Shown one piece after another: positions 10,190 to 19,613 of a stretch of 64,000 nt of DNA. A program made the position numbers and the translations under genes. Source of the stretch: an uncultured Campylobacter sp. Its GTDB lineage: Bacteria > Campylobacterota > Campylobacteria > Campylobacterales > Campylobacteraceae. Where the stretch lies: contig NZ_CAKZTI010000054.1 in the NCBI RefSeq assembly GCF_937921625.1, positions 21,703 through 85,702 of the forward strand. The letters are read 5' to 3'. The notes under the pieces are model-generated. The model was not told the origin of the DNA. It saw only the letters and a list, made by a program, of their open reading frames with translations, and did no database searches. Positions within the stretch are counted from its first letter, which is position 1. The number at the start of each line of letters is the position of its first letter.

Positions 10190-10558
10190 ATGACCGATTA
10201 TTTCGTAAGAAAAGAAAGCGCTATAAAATTAAATAAGCTTTTGGGGTTAGATTCTACGGGAAATGAGCAGGATTGGGAGCTAGAATTAGCAGATATCGGC
10301 AAAATTACGTCAATGATAAATCTACTAGAAAACAAGACATTAAATTTCCAAGACAAGATTGCTCTGTCGCATTTAATTGTTGCTTCGTTTGAGAAAGAGG
10401 ATGAAGAGCTAGGCACAGTGAGCAAAGATAGGGTTAAAATATTTGCAGACTTTCTGGGCGATAACTTACAAATTAAAAATATCATAAGAGAATACTGGGT
10501 AGTTGCGTATGGGAATTTGAGTAGAAATTTAGCCTATTTGATATTTGAGGATAAATAA
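10190..10558 (+). CDS. Hypothetical protein with a QDWELELAD motif (putative immunity protein)
   Basis: LGL...EQDWELELAD...KIALSHLIVASF...YW; AAGGA RBS. Confidence 0.55.
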   Translation: MTDYFVRKESAIKLNKLLGLDSTGNEQDWELELADIGKITSMINLLENKTLNFQDKIALSHLIVASFEKEDEELGTVSKDRVKIFADFLGDNLQIKNIIREYWVVAYGNLSRNLAYLIFEDK

Positions 10559-10819
10559 AGGTATTAAATTGTGAAATTCTGAATAACAAACGATTAATGC
10601 ATACGAGCAAGCACTAGCGCATAGTTTTGCGCACGGCTCGTTTATAAACAATTCCAAGATATCCAAGCCAAAAAATAATTTACAAACGAATGACAGATAA
10701 TACAGGTCAAGTCCTAGCGACCAAGCAAAAGGTGGAGGGAATGGGCTTAAATTTAATTAAGTTCGCTCCAAATTTAACCCGCTCCGGCGCATTAAATTTT
10801 ATGATAAATTTACGTTTAG

Positions 10820-10847
10820 GCACTCGGATATCCCTAAGTCCGAGTGC
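10820..10847. terminator. Hairpin between the convergent array and the oxidoreductase gene
   Basis: GCACTCGGA-N10-TCCGAGTGC perfect 9-bp inverted repeat. Confidence 0.55.
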
Positions 10848-10861
10848 GTTAAATTTCAAAT

Positions 10862-12202
10862 TTAAAACTGTCCGAAAAGATCGTTCAGCGCCTCGCTGAT
10901 GCTCGGGTGCGTAAAAATTTGGTTTTTGAAAAAGTCCGCCTTCGCGCCCAGCGCCATGGCGATCGCCAGCTCATTAACGATCTCGTGCGCGTTTACGCAG
11001 TGAAGCGCCGCACCTAAAATTTCGCCGCTAGCCGCGTCCACGACCGCTTTCATCATTCCCTCGTCATGCGCTACGACCTTGGCGCCCGGCACCGCCGCCA
11101 TCGAAAGCTTCAACACCTTGATCTCGCGTCCGCTCGCTCTTGCTTTGCGCTCGCTAAGGCCGATGCGAGCTAGCGGCGTGCGGGTAAACAGCACGCTTGC
11201 ATGCGGTGCGCGGTTTTTCGTAGTGCGCGCGCCGTCTCCGAAAAGCGCGCTAAAAATGATCCTAAAATCGTCTAAGCTCGTGTAGGTAAACATCTCGCCG
11301 CCGCGCACGTCGCCTGCCGCGTAGATGCTCGCGGCCGAGCTTTGCAGATGTTCGTTCGTGATGATATTGCCGTATACGTCCGTCTGCACCCCAGCAGCGG
11401 CTAAATTTAGCTCGCCCGTATTTGCGCGACGACCGAGGGCGTATAAAAACGCATCCGCCACGATCGTTTCGCTCTCGCCCGCGAGGTTAAATTTTAGCTC
11501 CCCGCCCTTTAAGCTCAAAAACTCGCAGCCTTCGATAATCTCCACGCCTTGGGCCTGCAGAGCGGATTTGGCGCTGGCAGCCACGTCCTCATCCTCGTTT
11601 TTCATAAATTTCGAGCGCATCAGCACGCTTACTTTCGAGCCGAATCCCGCAAACATCGAAGCAAACTCAAGCCCGATAAATCCGCCGCCGATGATTACTA
11701 GATGCTTCGGCAGGATCTTTAAATTTAAAATTTCTTCGCTACTATAAGCGATCTGCGAGCTTACCTCAAAGCTAGGCTCGACCTCCCTCGAGCCCGTATT
11801 TACGACGATCGTTTCTGCCGAAATTTCACGTGTTTGTCCGTCAGGACTTAGCACGCGCACGGAATTCGCGCTCGTAAATGAGCCCTCGCCATCGATTACA
11901 TCGATATTTGGGCTTCCCTTTAGCATGGCTAAATTTTTCGCCCTCAGCGCCTCTACGAGCTCGTCCTTTTTCTGCATGCTCAGCACGAAATACTCTCCGA
12001 GCACGCTGAAATTTACGAAGCCAGCTTCCTTGCTCGCCGTAACTAGTCGCTTGGTCGGGATGCAGCCTACGTTGATGCAGGTGCCGCCGTACATTTGCGG
12101 CGAGCGCTCGATGAGAGCGACCTTTTTACCTAGCGCGGCGGATTTTGCGGCAAGGGTTTTGCCTGCTTTGCCAAAGCCTATTACGATGATATCATAATCC
12201 AT
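10862..12202 (-). CDS. Class I pyridine nucleotide-disulfide oxidoreductase, RclA/YkgC/Har-like
   Basis: GFGKAGKTLA, GGTCINVGCIPTK, GGGFIGLEFASMF, FTYTSLDDFRI and C-terminal HPSISE; no MerA C-terminal CC pair. Confidence 0.85.
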   Translation of the reverse strand: MDYDIIVIGFGKAGKTLAAKSAALGKKVALIERSPQMYGGTCINVGCIPTKRLVTASKEAGFVNFSVLGEYFVLSMQKKDELVEALRAKNLAMLKGSPNIDVIDGEGSFTSANSVRVLSPDGQTREISAETIVVNTGSREVEPSFEVSSQIAYSSEEILNLKILPKHLVIIGGGFIGLEFASMFAGFGSKVSVLMRSKFMKNEDEDVAASAKSALQAQGVEIIEGCEFLSLKGGELKFNLAGESETIVADAFLYALGRRANTGELNLAAAGVQTDVYGNIITNEHLQSSAASIYAAGDVRGGEMFTYTSLDDFRIIFSALFGDGARTTKNRAPHASVLFTRTPLARIGLSERKARASGREIKVLKLSMAAVPGAKVVAHDEGMMKAVVDAASGEILGAALHCVNAHEIVNELAIAMALGAKADFFKNQIFTHPSISEALNDLFGQF

Positions 12203-12537
12203 TTTTAATCCTTTTGATCTGAAATTTCGCGGGATTATAAGAGGTTTTATTAAATTTAAAATCTGAGTGGCGCAAATTTAAAGGCGCAGGCAAGCGGCGC
12301 GAAATTCCACGACGAAATTTTAACTTCGGCACAGAATTTAATACAGAAAATAAAAATTTCAGCTCTAATCGTTTCAAAAATTTTGCATCAATAGAATTAA
12401 AATTTTAAGTGCGGGATACGTGGCATTTTATAGCGCTTGGTAACGGATAGAATCCAAGCTACAAAATCCAAGTCCCAAACCGCTCATAAAATTTAAAGGT
12501 GCGAAAAACGCGGAATTTGCGCTGTAAAATTCCGCCA

Positions 12538-13161
12538 TTAGCGCTTTTTTACGCCGAGCAAAAACATATCGATGCGGTCTTTGATTAGCTCGCTCGCTTT
12601 GAAATTTAGCTTTTCGTCGAAAAACAGCAGCCTGCTAAAATGCGGCTCTCTAAGCAAAAAGCAAAAATATAGCGCTAGGCTTTTTGCCGTGCGTCCGGGC
12701 GCAAACTCGTCCTCATGCGCCGCCAAATACTCATCCAGCGCATTCGGCGAACCTAGCACGCCGCTTTTTAAAAAGATTTTTGGGCTCTCGCTAAGCGCTC
12801 CGTTAAAGCCGCTGAAAAGCATCAGTCGGTAGAATTTTATCGCTTCCGGAGCGAAAAGAAACTCCAGATAAATCCCTGCAAACTCCTGCAGATACTCACG
12901 CAATTTTAGGTCTTTATTAATTCGCATGCGCTCGTTCATGCGCTCATCGAGCTTTTTGCTTTGCAATTCGATGATGCGCAAAAATAGGCTTTCTTTGTTA
13001 TCAAAATACTTATAAACCGACGATAGCGAGCCGCCGCTAAGCTCGATGATATCGCTTAAGCTCGTAGCCTCGTAACCTTTGGCTAAAAACAGCTCCAGCG
13101 CCGCGTCTAAAATGAGCTTGCAGCGAATTTCGGATTTTTTATATTTAGGCGATTCGGGCAT
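12538..13161 (-). CDS. TetR/AcrR family regulator (CmeR-like)
   Basis: ALELFLAKGYEATSLSDII..SGGSLSSVYKYFDNKESLF HTH; position resembles C. jejuni cmeR near cj0371-cj0373. Confidence 0.88.
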   Translation of the reverse strand: MPESPKYKKSEIRCKLILDAALELFLAKGYEATSLSDIIELSGGSLSSVYKYFDNKESLFLRIIELQSKKLDERMNERMRINKDLKLREYLQEFAGIYLEFLFAPEAIKFYRLMLFSGFNGALSESPKIFLKSGVLGSPNALDEYLAAHEDEFAPGRTAKSLALYFCFLLREPHFSRLLFFDEKLNFKASELIKDRIDMFLLGVKKR

Positions 13162-13192
13162 TTCGCCTCCTTTGAAATACTAAAATTTTTTG

Positions 13193-13215
13193 TAAGTGTA
13201 TAAAAAATATACTTA
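13193..13215. promoter_or_regulatory. Imperfect inverted repeat over the tetR promoter (candidate autoregulatory operator)
   Basis: TAAGTGTAT-AAAAA-ATATACTTA overlaps a minus-strand TTGCTT-N18-TACACT. Confidence 0.4.
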
Positions 13216-13438
13216 ATTAAGCAACATTATTGGGCTAAAATTCTAAAAGCTCAGCAAAAAATAATTTTGCGCGGCTTTGCAAGCGAAGCGAAATTTTATA
13301 TCTAGCGGGCGCAAGCGAGCGGAATTTATCGCGCGCCAGCTGCGATAAAGCGGAATCTATCTTTGTAAACGAAGCGTTTAATGCCTATTTTAGGCAAATT
13401 TAGCAATAATTACCTAAAACGCTAAAAGGCATCTTTGT

Positions 13439-14074
13439 ATGAAAAAAGTCTCGATCGGCGAAGCAGCCGAAATTTTAGGAATTTCAAAAGAAGCCGTCTA
13501 TAACCGTATCCGCAGAAATTCCTTGCGCGCCGAGGAAAGCGGCGGCGTACGCTACGTGCTTTTAGATGATGAAATGCAAAGCGAGCCCGCTTCGCAAAGC
13601 TCTGCGAAAAGCTCGCGTACTAGTGGCACAGCTGGCACTCAAAGCTTCATCGACTATCTCATCAAAGAAATCTCCGAACTAAAGGGCAAAATCGAAGCAC
13701 TACAAAGCGATAAGGACAGACTTCACAAAGAAAAAGAGGAAATTTTAATCGCCTCGAAAGATGAAATCAAGCTGATGTATAAAGAGCGCGATGAGAAGCT
13801 CAGGTATTTTTTGTCGTTTTTCGACAAACCGCTGCTTTCGAACAAAAGTCGCGAGGTCAAACCCTATGATGTCGAAATCAAAGAAAAAACTTTTGATCGC
13901 AGCGAATGGACGAGCCTTGCAAAATTCGTAAAATCGCTCAAACGCAAAAAGCGCCTCAAAGCGCAAAGCTTAATCATCGAAAACATCGGCAAGAGCGAGT
14001 TTATCCGCGTCGAGGGAAACGAGCTTTTGATAAATCAAAGCCTAGATATAAAATCACTGAAAGGATCTAAATGA
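13439..14074 (+). CDS. DNA-binding protein (N-terminal HTH plus coiled coil)
   Basis: SIGEAAEILGISKEAVYNRIRR HTH, followed by a heptad-rich segment. Confidence 0.75.
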   Translation: MKKVSIGEAAEILGISKEAVYNRIRRNSLRAEESGGVRYVLLDDEMQSEPASQSSAKSSRTSGTAGTQSFIDYLIKEISELKGKIEALQSDKDRLHKEKEEILIASKDEIKLMYKERDEKLRYFLSFFDKPLLSNKSREVKPYDVEIKEKTFDRSEWTSLAKFVKSLKRKKRLKAQSLIIENIGKSEFIRVEGNELLINQSLDIKSLKGSK

Positions 14075-14658
14075 AACTACGCAAAATCGCTAGCTATGCG
14101 CTGGTAAGCGGCTTCGGCCTCGTTATGACGGGCTCGCTAGCGGGCTGCGACGATAAGGAGCAGGAGCAAAACGTCCGCTTGCAAGAGGGCGCGCTCGTGC
14201 GGCTCGAAGAGGTCGCGCCGGGAAAATATAAAATTTTAGAGGAATTTCCGAGCGAAAAGACCCAGATCATCTTAAAATCGCTCGACGGCACGGAGAGAAT
14301 TTTAAGCGACGAGGAAACCAAAGCCCTTCTAGCCGAAGAAAACGCCAAAATCGACGCCGGCACTTCAAATTTGACGAACCAAAACGCGCAGCTTAGCAGC
14401 GGCGGCATGAGCCTGGGCGAAGCGATCTTGGCAAGCGCTGCGGGAGCCATCATCGGCTCGTGGATCGGCGGCAAGCTGTTTAACAACCCCGCCTATCAAA
14501 GCCAGCGCCAAACCGCCTATAAAAGCCCGAGCGCCTACTCCAGAAGCGTCGATAGCTTCAATCAAGCAAAGCAGCAAAACGCCAAGGCGCGAAGCGGCAG
14601 AAGCGGATTTTTCGGCGGAAGCAAAAGCGGCAAGAGCGGCGGATTTTTCGGCGGCTAA
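14071..14658 (+). CDS. UPF0323 family lipoprotein (Cj0371-like)
   Basis: Lipobox LAGC; LASAAGAIIGSWIG; Gly-rich SGFFGG tail. Confidence 0.85.
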   Translation: MKLRKIASYALVSGFGLVMTGSLAGCDDKEQEQNVRLQEGALVRLEEVAPGKYKILEEFPSEKTQIILKSLDGTERILSDEETKALLAEENAKIDAGTSNLTNQNAQLSSGGMSLGEAILASAAGAIIGSWIGGKLFNNPAYQSQRQTAYKSPSAYSRSVDSFNQAKQQNAKARSGRSGFFGGSKSGKSGGFFGG

Positions 14659-15149
14659 GCACGCTTTGAAACATACGGCGGCTCTGCGCGGCGAGTTTAA
14701 ATTTTAACACGCGGCACTTGAAAGCGAGCAAAATTCCGTCGCAGCAGAATTTTAGCTAAAACGAAAGCGCGCTCCGTGTTGCACGTCTTTGGTGAAATTT
14801 GATACGACGAAATTCCGTATCGCTCGGGGGACAATGTCCTACGGCTACGTTATCGCTAGAAAAAATTTTATGGTGCGCGTAGTGATTTGCAATCCTTACG
14901 CGGCGAGGTTGTCAAGATAAAATTCCGCGCCGCTACGCGTATAGCAGTTTGTAATTATTGCCGCGGCGATGTTATGACGAGGCGGAATTCGCGCCCGCTG
15001 CCGAGCGCATCGAATCGCATTTTTTACTGAGGCATTGCCACGCGGCGAAATTTTGATATGAAAGGCAGCGTCGTGCGATAAAATTTTATATTGCGACGCG
15101 ACGTTAAGGCTAGCGAGGTCGTGCTGCGACGGAAGTTTTATCACCGCAT

Positions 15150-15175
15150 CTGCGATACGAAATTTCGTATCGCAG
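15150..15175. repeat. Perfect 26-bp palindrome centred on AAATTT
   Basis: CTGCGATACGAAA/TTTCGTATCGCAG. Confidence 0.9.
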
Positions 15176-15526
15176 CGCTTCTTGTGGCAAATTTTATATC
15201 GCCGAGCGGTGCCAAAGTGAGTAAATTTTACCCGAGCGAAATCCAGGTCGTAGTGGCGTGCGATCAAGACGTGTCGCAGTTTTTGAGGAAGCCGAGGAGG
15301 GGCTACTTGCAAGGGTGTATTTCTTGCAAAAGAGGCGCCGCTCTGCAGCGGAGCAATGCACCGCTCGCCCGCCGAGCTCTGATTAACCGGTGCGCTTAGA
15401 GGTGCGAGCCATAGCTCGCGTTTTATTCTGCTTCGCTGCGCTCGTAAAAGATGCCGACAGCGACTAGTGCTATATTTGTTTTGCACTGCGGGCGGAATTT
15501 TAAAATTTACATAAAAAGGAAAATCT

Positions 15527-16711
15527 ATGCAACTAAAAAAGATAACGCCGTTAAGCAACGAATATCTCGAAAAGCTCGGCTTTTACTGGCACACGGACAC
15601 AGACGAGACCCCTTACGTCAGCGACGAGATTGTGCGCGTGAGCGCTGCGGAGGCGGATGCATACTACGAAGCGGCGAACGAGCTATACGAGATGTTTATA
15701 GCAGCCGCGCAGCACGTCATCGACAATAACCTCTTCCACGAGCTCGGCATCCCCTTCAACCTCGTAGATCTAATCAAACAAAGCTGGGAAAACGAGGTGC
15801 ACTGGCACCTATACGGGCGCTTTGATTTCGCAGGTGGGCTGGACGGCAAGCCGATCAAGCTGATAGAATTTAACGCCGACACGCCTACAGCAGTGTTTGA
15901 GACGGCGATCATCCAGTGGGCGATGCTCAAAGAAAACGGCATGGACGAGGCGAGCCAGTTCAACGACCTCTACGACGCGCTGCGCGATAATTTCAAGCGG
16001 CTCGTGGTGCTTGACGGCGAGCTGGAGGACTTTTCTAAATTTTATGAGGGGTGGAAAATTTTATTTAGCAGCGTCGCGGGCAATGTCGAGGACGAAAAGA
16101 CGACGAAGCTTTTGCAGCAGACCGCGGAGGATGCGGGCTTTACGACGCGCTTTGCCTACGTGGACGAGGTGGAATTTAACGACGAAGAGGGCGTGTTTTT
16201 TGAGGGCGAAAACTACGAGTATTGGTTCAAGCTGATCCCTTGGGAGGCGATCGCGATCGAGGAGGGCGAGCTCGCGCTCATCTTAAAAAACATCGTGCAA
16301 AATCAAAAGGCTATCATTCTAAACCCCGCATACACGCTGCTTTTCCAAAGCAAGGGGATTATGAAAATCCTGTGGGATCTGTATCCGAACCACCCCCTGC
16401 TGCTGCAAAGCTCCTTTTCGCCGATCATCGGTAAAAAGATGATCAAAAAGCCGTTTTTGGCGCGCGAGGGGGCGAACGTGGCGATTTTCGACGCGGACGG
16501 CAAAAAGATAGAGGAAAACGGCGGCGAATACGGAAATCAGAAATTTTTATATCAGGAATTTTACGAGCTCAACAAAGACGAGCGCGCCCAGAGCTACCAA
16601 GCGGGGGTATTTTTCGCATACGAAGGCTGCGCGCTGGGCTTCCGCAAGGGCGGCGAGATACTCAATAATCTCTCAAAATTTGTGGGGCACTACATCGAGG
16701 ATGCGCAGTAG
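15527..16711 (+). CDS. Glutathionylspermidine synthase family protein (Cj0372-like)
   Basis: LYGRFDF, KLIEFNADTPT, FKLIPWE and KKPFLAREGANV ATP-grasp motifs. Confidence 0.92.
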   Translation: MQLKKITPLSNEYLEKLGFYWHTDTDETPYVSDEIVRVSAAEADAYYEAANELYEMFIAAAQHVIDNNLFHELGIPFNLVDLIKQSWENEVHWHLYGRFDFAGGLDGKPIKLIEFNADTPTAVFETAIIQWAMLKENGMDEASQFNDLYDALRDNFKRLVVLDGELEDFSKFYEGWKILFSSVAGNVEDEKTTKLLQQTAEDAGFTTRFAYVDEVEFNDEEGVFFEGENYEYWFKLIPWEAIAIEEGELALILKNIVQNQKAIILNPAYTLLFQSKGIMKILWDLYPNHPLLLQSSFSPIIGKKMIKKPFLAREGANVAIFDADGKKIEENGGEYGNQKFLYQEFYELNKDERAQSYQAGVFFAYEGCALGFRKGGEILNNLSKFVGHYIEDAQ

Positions 16712-17295
16712 TGGCGCGGCAAATTTTATAAAATTTGAGAAATTTTAGAGCGGCGGCTTTTGGCGATAAATTTGGCGGCAAGGCCCTCGCCGCGGTAATT
16801 TATCGCTCGGCGGCAGCGGAATTTAACGCTAGGAGGCTACGGCGAAATTTAACGTAGCGTCGCGATCGGAATTCTGCGCGGATAAAATTTCGCGCAAGTT
16901 AAATTTGCGTGAGTTGAAATTCCGCGCGGAGCGAGATTTGCGCACATTAAAATTTTAAAATTTAAACGCGAGCGACAAAAATTTATCTCTCGCTTCGACA
17001 TGAAATTAGAATTTTAAAATTTAGACGCAGGTTTCAGCGGCGGTAAAATTTACCGCTTATTTCGATGTGAGTTAGAATTTTAAAATTTAACGCTCCGCGC
17101 GCTGCAAGCATTAAATTTTGCGAGGGCAGAATTCGCGATAGTTAAATTCCGCTAGAGCAAATTTCCGCAATAGCTAAATTTCGTGAGTTAAAATTTGCCG
17201 TTTAAGCGCCGTGCTCCGAATCGCGCAATGGAATTTAGCGGCTAAATTTAACCGCGCTGCTACGACTTAAAATTTTAAAACGCAAAGGGGAAAAT

Positions 17296-18228
17296 ATGAA
17301 AATCGTATGTTTGGATGCCGCGACGCTGGGAGCCGATGCCGATCTTAGCGAGATTGCGAGCTTAGGCGAGTTTGAAAGCTACGAGATGACCGAGCCTGCG
17401 CAAACCGCGCAGCGCCTAGCGGGCGCCGATGTCGTCATCACCAACAAAGTCCTAATCACGGATGAAATCATGGCACAAACCGCGCTTAAGCTGATCTGCG
17501 TAAGCGCCACGGGCACGAATAATATCGATATGCAGGTAGCGCAGGCTCGCGGCATCGCAGTGAAAAACGTGGCTGGCTATTCGACGCAAAGCGTCGTGCA
17601 GCAGACCTTCGCGTCGCTGTTCGCGCTAACCAACGCGCTCGGATACTACGCGGATTACGGCAGCAGTGGCAAATGGTGCGAGAGCGAAATTTTTACCCAC
17701 ATTGACGCGCCCATCAGCGAAATTTACGGCAAAGAATTCGGCGTCATCGGGCTTGGACAGATCGGCGCAAAGGTTGCCCGCATCGCCGCCGCGTTCGGCG
17801 CGAACGTGAGATACTACTCCACCGGCGGCGCGAACAACAACGGCGAGTTTGCCAGAGTGAGCTTGGACGCGCTTTTGAGGGCCTGCGACATTATCTCGAT
17901 CCACGCCCCGCTAAATGAAAAAACGGCGGGATTGATCGGCGAGACGGAGCTTGCGAAGATGAAAGAGGGGGCGATCTTGATGAATTTCGGCCGTGGCGGC
18001 ATCGTGGACGAGGAGGCGCTGGCTCGCGCCGTGGACGAGCGAGGCCTGCGCGCGGCGCTTGACGTGCTGCAAACAGAGCCGATGAGGGCGGATCATCCGC
18101 TGCTGCGCGTGAAAAATCGCCGCAACGTCATCATCACGCCTCACATCGCATGGGCAAGCATCGAGGCCCGCAAACGGCTGATAAAGATGATCGCGCAAAA
18201 TATTAGGGATTTTATGAACGGCAAATAA
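17296..18228 (+). CDS. D-2-hydroxyacid dehydrogenase (Cj0373-like)
   Basis: GVIGLGQIG, IHAPL, NFGRGGIVDE and ITPHIAWAS motifs. Confidence 0.93.
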   Translation: MKIVCLDAATLGADADLSEIASLGEFESYEMTEPAQTAQRLAGADVVITNKVLITDEIMAQTALKLICVSATGTNNIDMQVAQARGIAVKNVAGYSTQSVVQQTFASLFALTNALGYYADYGSSGKWCESEIFTHIDAPISEIYGKEFGVIGLGQIGAKVARIAAAFGANVRYYSTGGANNNGEFARVSLDALLRACDIISIHAPLNEKTAGLIGETELAKMKEGAILMNFGRGGIVDEEALARAVDERGLRAALDVLQTEPMRADHPLLRVKNRRNVIITPHIAWASIEARKRLIKMIAQNIRDFMNGK

Positions 18229-18417
18229 GCGCGGTTGAAACGCCGAAGCAAATTTAACAAAATCAAGATGCGGCACAAGGTCCACAAAGACTCTGCACGC
18301 AGTATTTCAAAGCGCTGTATATAAAATTTTATTAACTGAAAAGAAGCGATACTGCTTCGGATAAAATTTTAAATTTACGCCGCGGATAAGCTATCTCTCC
18401 GCTTTGAATTCGTAGAT

Positions 18418-19563
18418 TTATCTTTTCTTATAAATTCTTTTTATGCTCATCCAAAATCCCGTAACTATAAAAAATAACACTGAAATCGCCGCTACGCAAA
18501 ATAAGAACTTACCCGCCTCTCCGAAGATATAGCCCGAATGCACGCTCAAAACGGCTTTATGTATAGCAAACGGGCGCGGCATGGTGCTTTTCGCATCATC
18601 ATAGCGAGCATGCCGCAAGATGCCCTTTTTAACGTTTACACTCATCGTGTTCATATGCTCTTCGCCCTCTTCGCCTTTATCGAAATAAAAGATCATAAAA
18701 TTTTCTCCATCTTTTTGGGCGATGATGTTAAAGAATTCGTAGTTTTCACCGCGTTCACGCTTAAAAATATCAAATGCCGTCTGAAAATTTAAGATTTTAT
18801 CTTCATCCTCAAGCGAAAATCCTCGCACTTCGGTAAAACTCGTTTTTCTAAAAATTTCCTTTTCCCCTAGCGCTCTGTTGGTGATTTTGGCTATCCAATC
18901 ATATGACCAATAAAGCCCACTAGCGCTTATCGTAAGCAAAACGGGCAGCAGCAAAACTCCGACCGCGCCGTGCAAGCTATATAAAAACGCATAACCTCTC
19001 GCTTTAAAATTTATCCTAAATGCGCGTAAAATCTTTCCTCTAAAGCTAGGATAATAGATCACCACGCCTGAAATTAAGACTAAAATAAACATAATTGTGC
19101 TAAACGCCACGATATTTTTGCCTATTACCCGCAGAGTTTCGTTTTTGCTTAGCCCAAATCCCAGATTGGTATGTAGGTTTAGCATTACGCCGATAAACGT
19201 ATCGCCTATGTTTTCCGAAGTAATTTCGCCGTTATAAGGATCTATAAAATATGATTTAAACTCGCCGCTGGAATCTGTACCGGAAAGCCTAATCGCCTCA
19301 TTTTTATTTTGAGGAATTCTATAATAACTGAGCGTAAAACCGGGCTTGACTTTTCTGAAAATATTTAAAATTTCGGCGGGTTCGAGGGCGTCTTTTCCGC
19401 TCGGACTCACGAAAGATTTGCTTTGATTTAACGCATCTATAATCTCATCATGATACGAGATAATAGCGCCGCTAAGGGCTACGATTAAGATCGGCACGCA
19501 GCATATAAGCGTCAAAATAAGGTGGACGTTGAACCAAAATTTTTTCCTTTTTAGAATCGCCAT
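18418..19563 (-). CDS. PepSY-associated TM helix domain protein
   Basis: HLILTL...SGAI, IDPYNGEI, LH..LG, LHGAVG and SVHSG haem-His pattern; directly downstream of a TonB receptor. Confidence 0.85.
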   Translation of the reverse strand: MAILKRKKFWFNVHLILTLICCVPILIVALSGAIISYHDEIIDALNQSKSFVSPSGKDALEPAEILNIFRKVKPGFTLSYYRIPQNKNEAIRLSGTDSSGEFKSYFIDPYNGEITSENIGDTFIGVMLNLHTNLGFGLSKNETLRVIGKNIVAFSTIMFILVLISGVVIYYPSFRGKILRAFRINFKARGYAFLYSLHGAVGVLLLPVLLTISASGLYWSYDWIAKITNRALGEKEIFRKTSFTEVRGFSLEDEDKILNFQTAFDIFKRERGENYEFFNIIAQKDGENFMIFYFDKGEEGEEHMNTMSVNVKKGILRHARYDDAKSTMPRPFAIHKAVLSVHSGYIFGEAGKFLFCVAAISVLFFIVTGFWMSIKRIYKKR

Positions 19564-19613
19564 TAATTTCCTTAAATTTTAAATCCGCAGACGAAATTTT
19601 ATGCGCCGCGAAT

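Noticed and set aside
6661..10558. Integron cassette array
   Set aside because: Intergenic gaps are very short and share no attC-like repeat; no IntI is present.
6396..10860. Integrative element or prophage at tRNA-Val
   Set aside because: No integrase or phage genes, and I found no duplicated tRNA 3' end (attR) at the right border.
10862..12202. Mercuric reductase or dihydrolipoamide dehydrogenase call
   Set aside because: It lacks the MerA C-terminal Cys pair and mer neighbours; the GKAGKTLA and SLDDFRI motifs fit the RclA/YkgC group better.
14896..15558. 220-aa minus-strand ORF and 15091..15399 plus-strand ORF
   Set aside because: No recognisable motifs, Arg/Ala-rich composition, opposite or inside an otherwise plus-strand cluster; likely chance ORFs in filler DNA.
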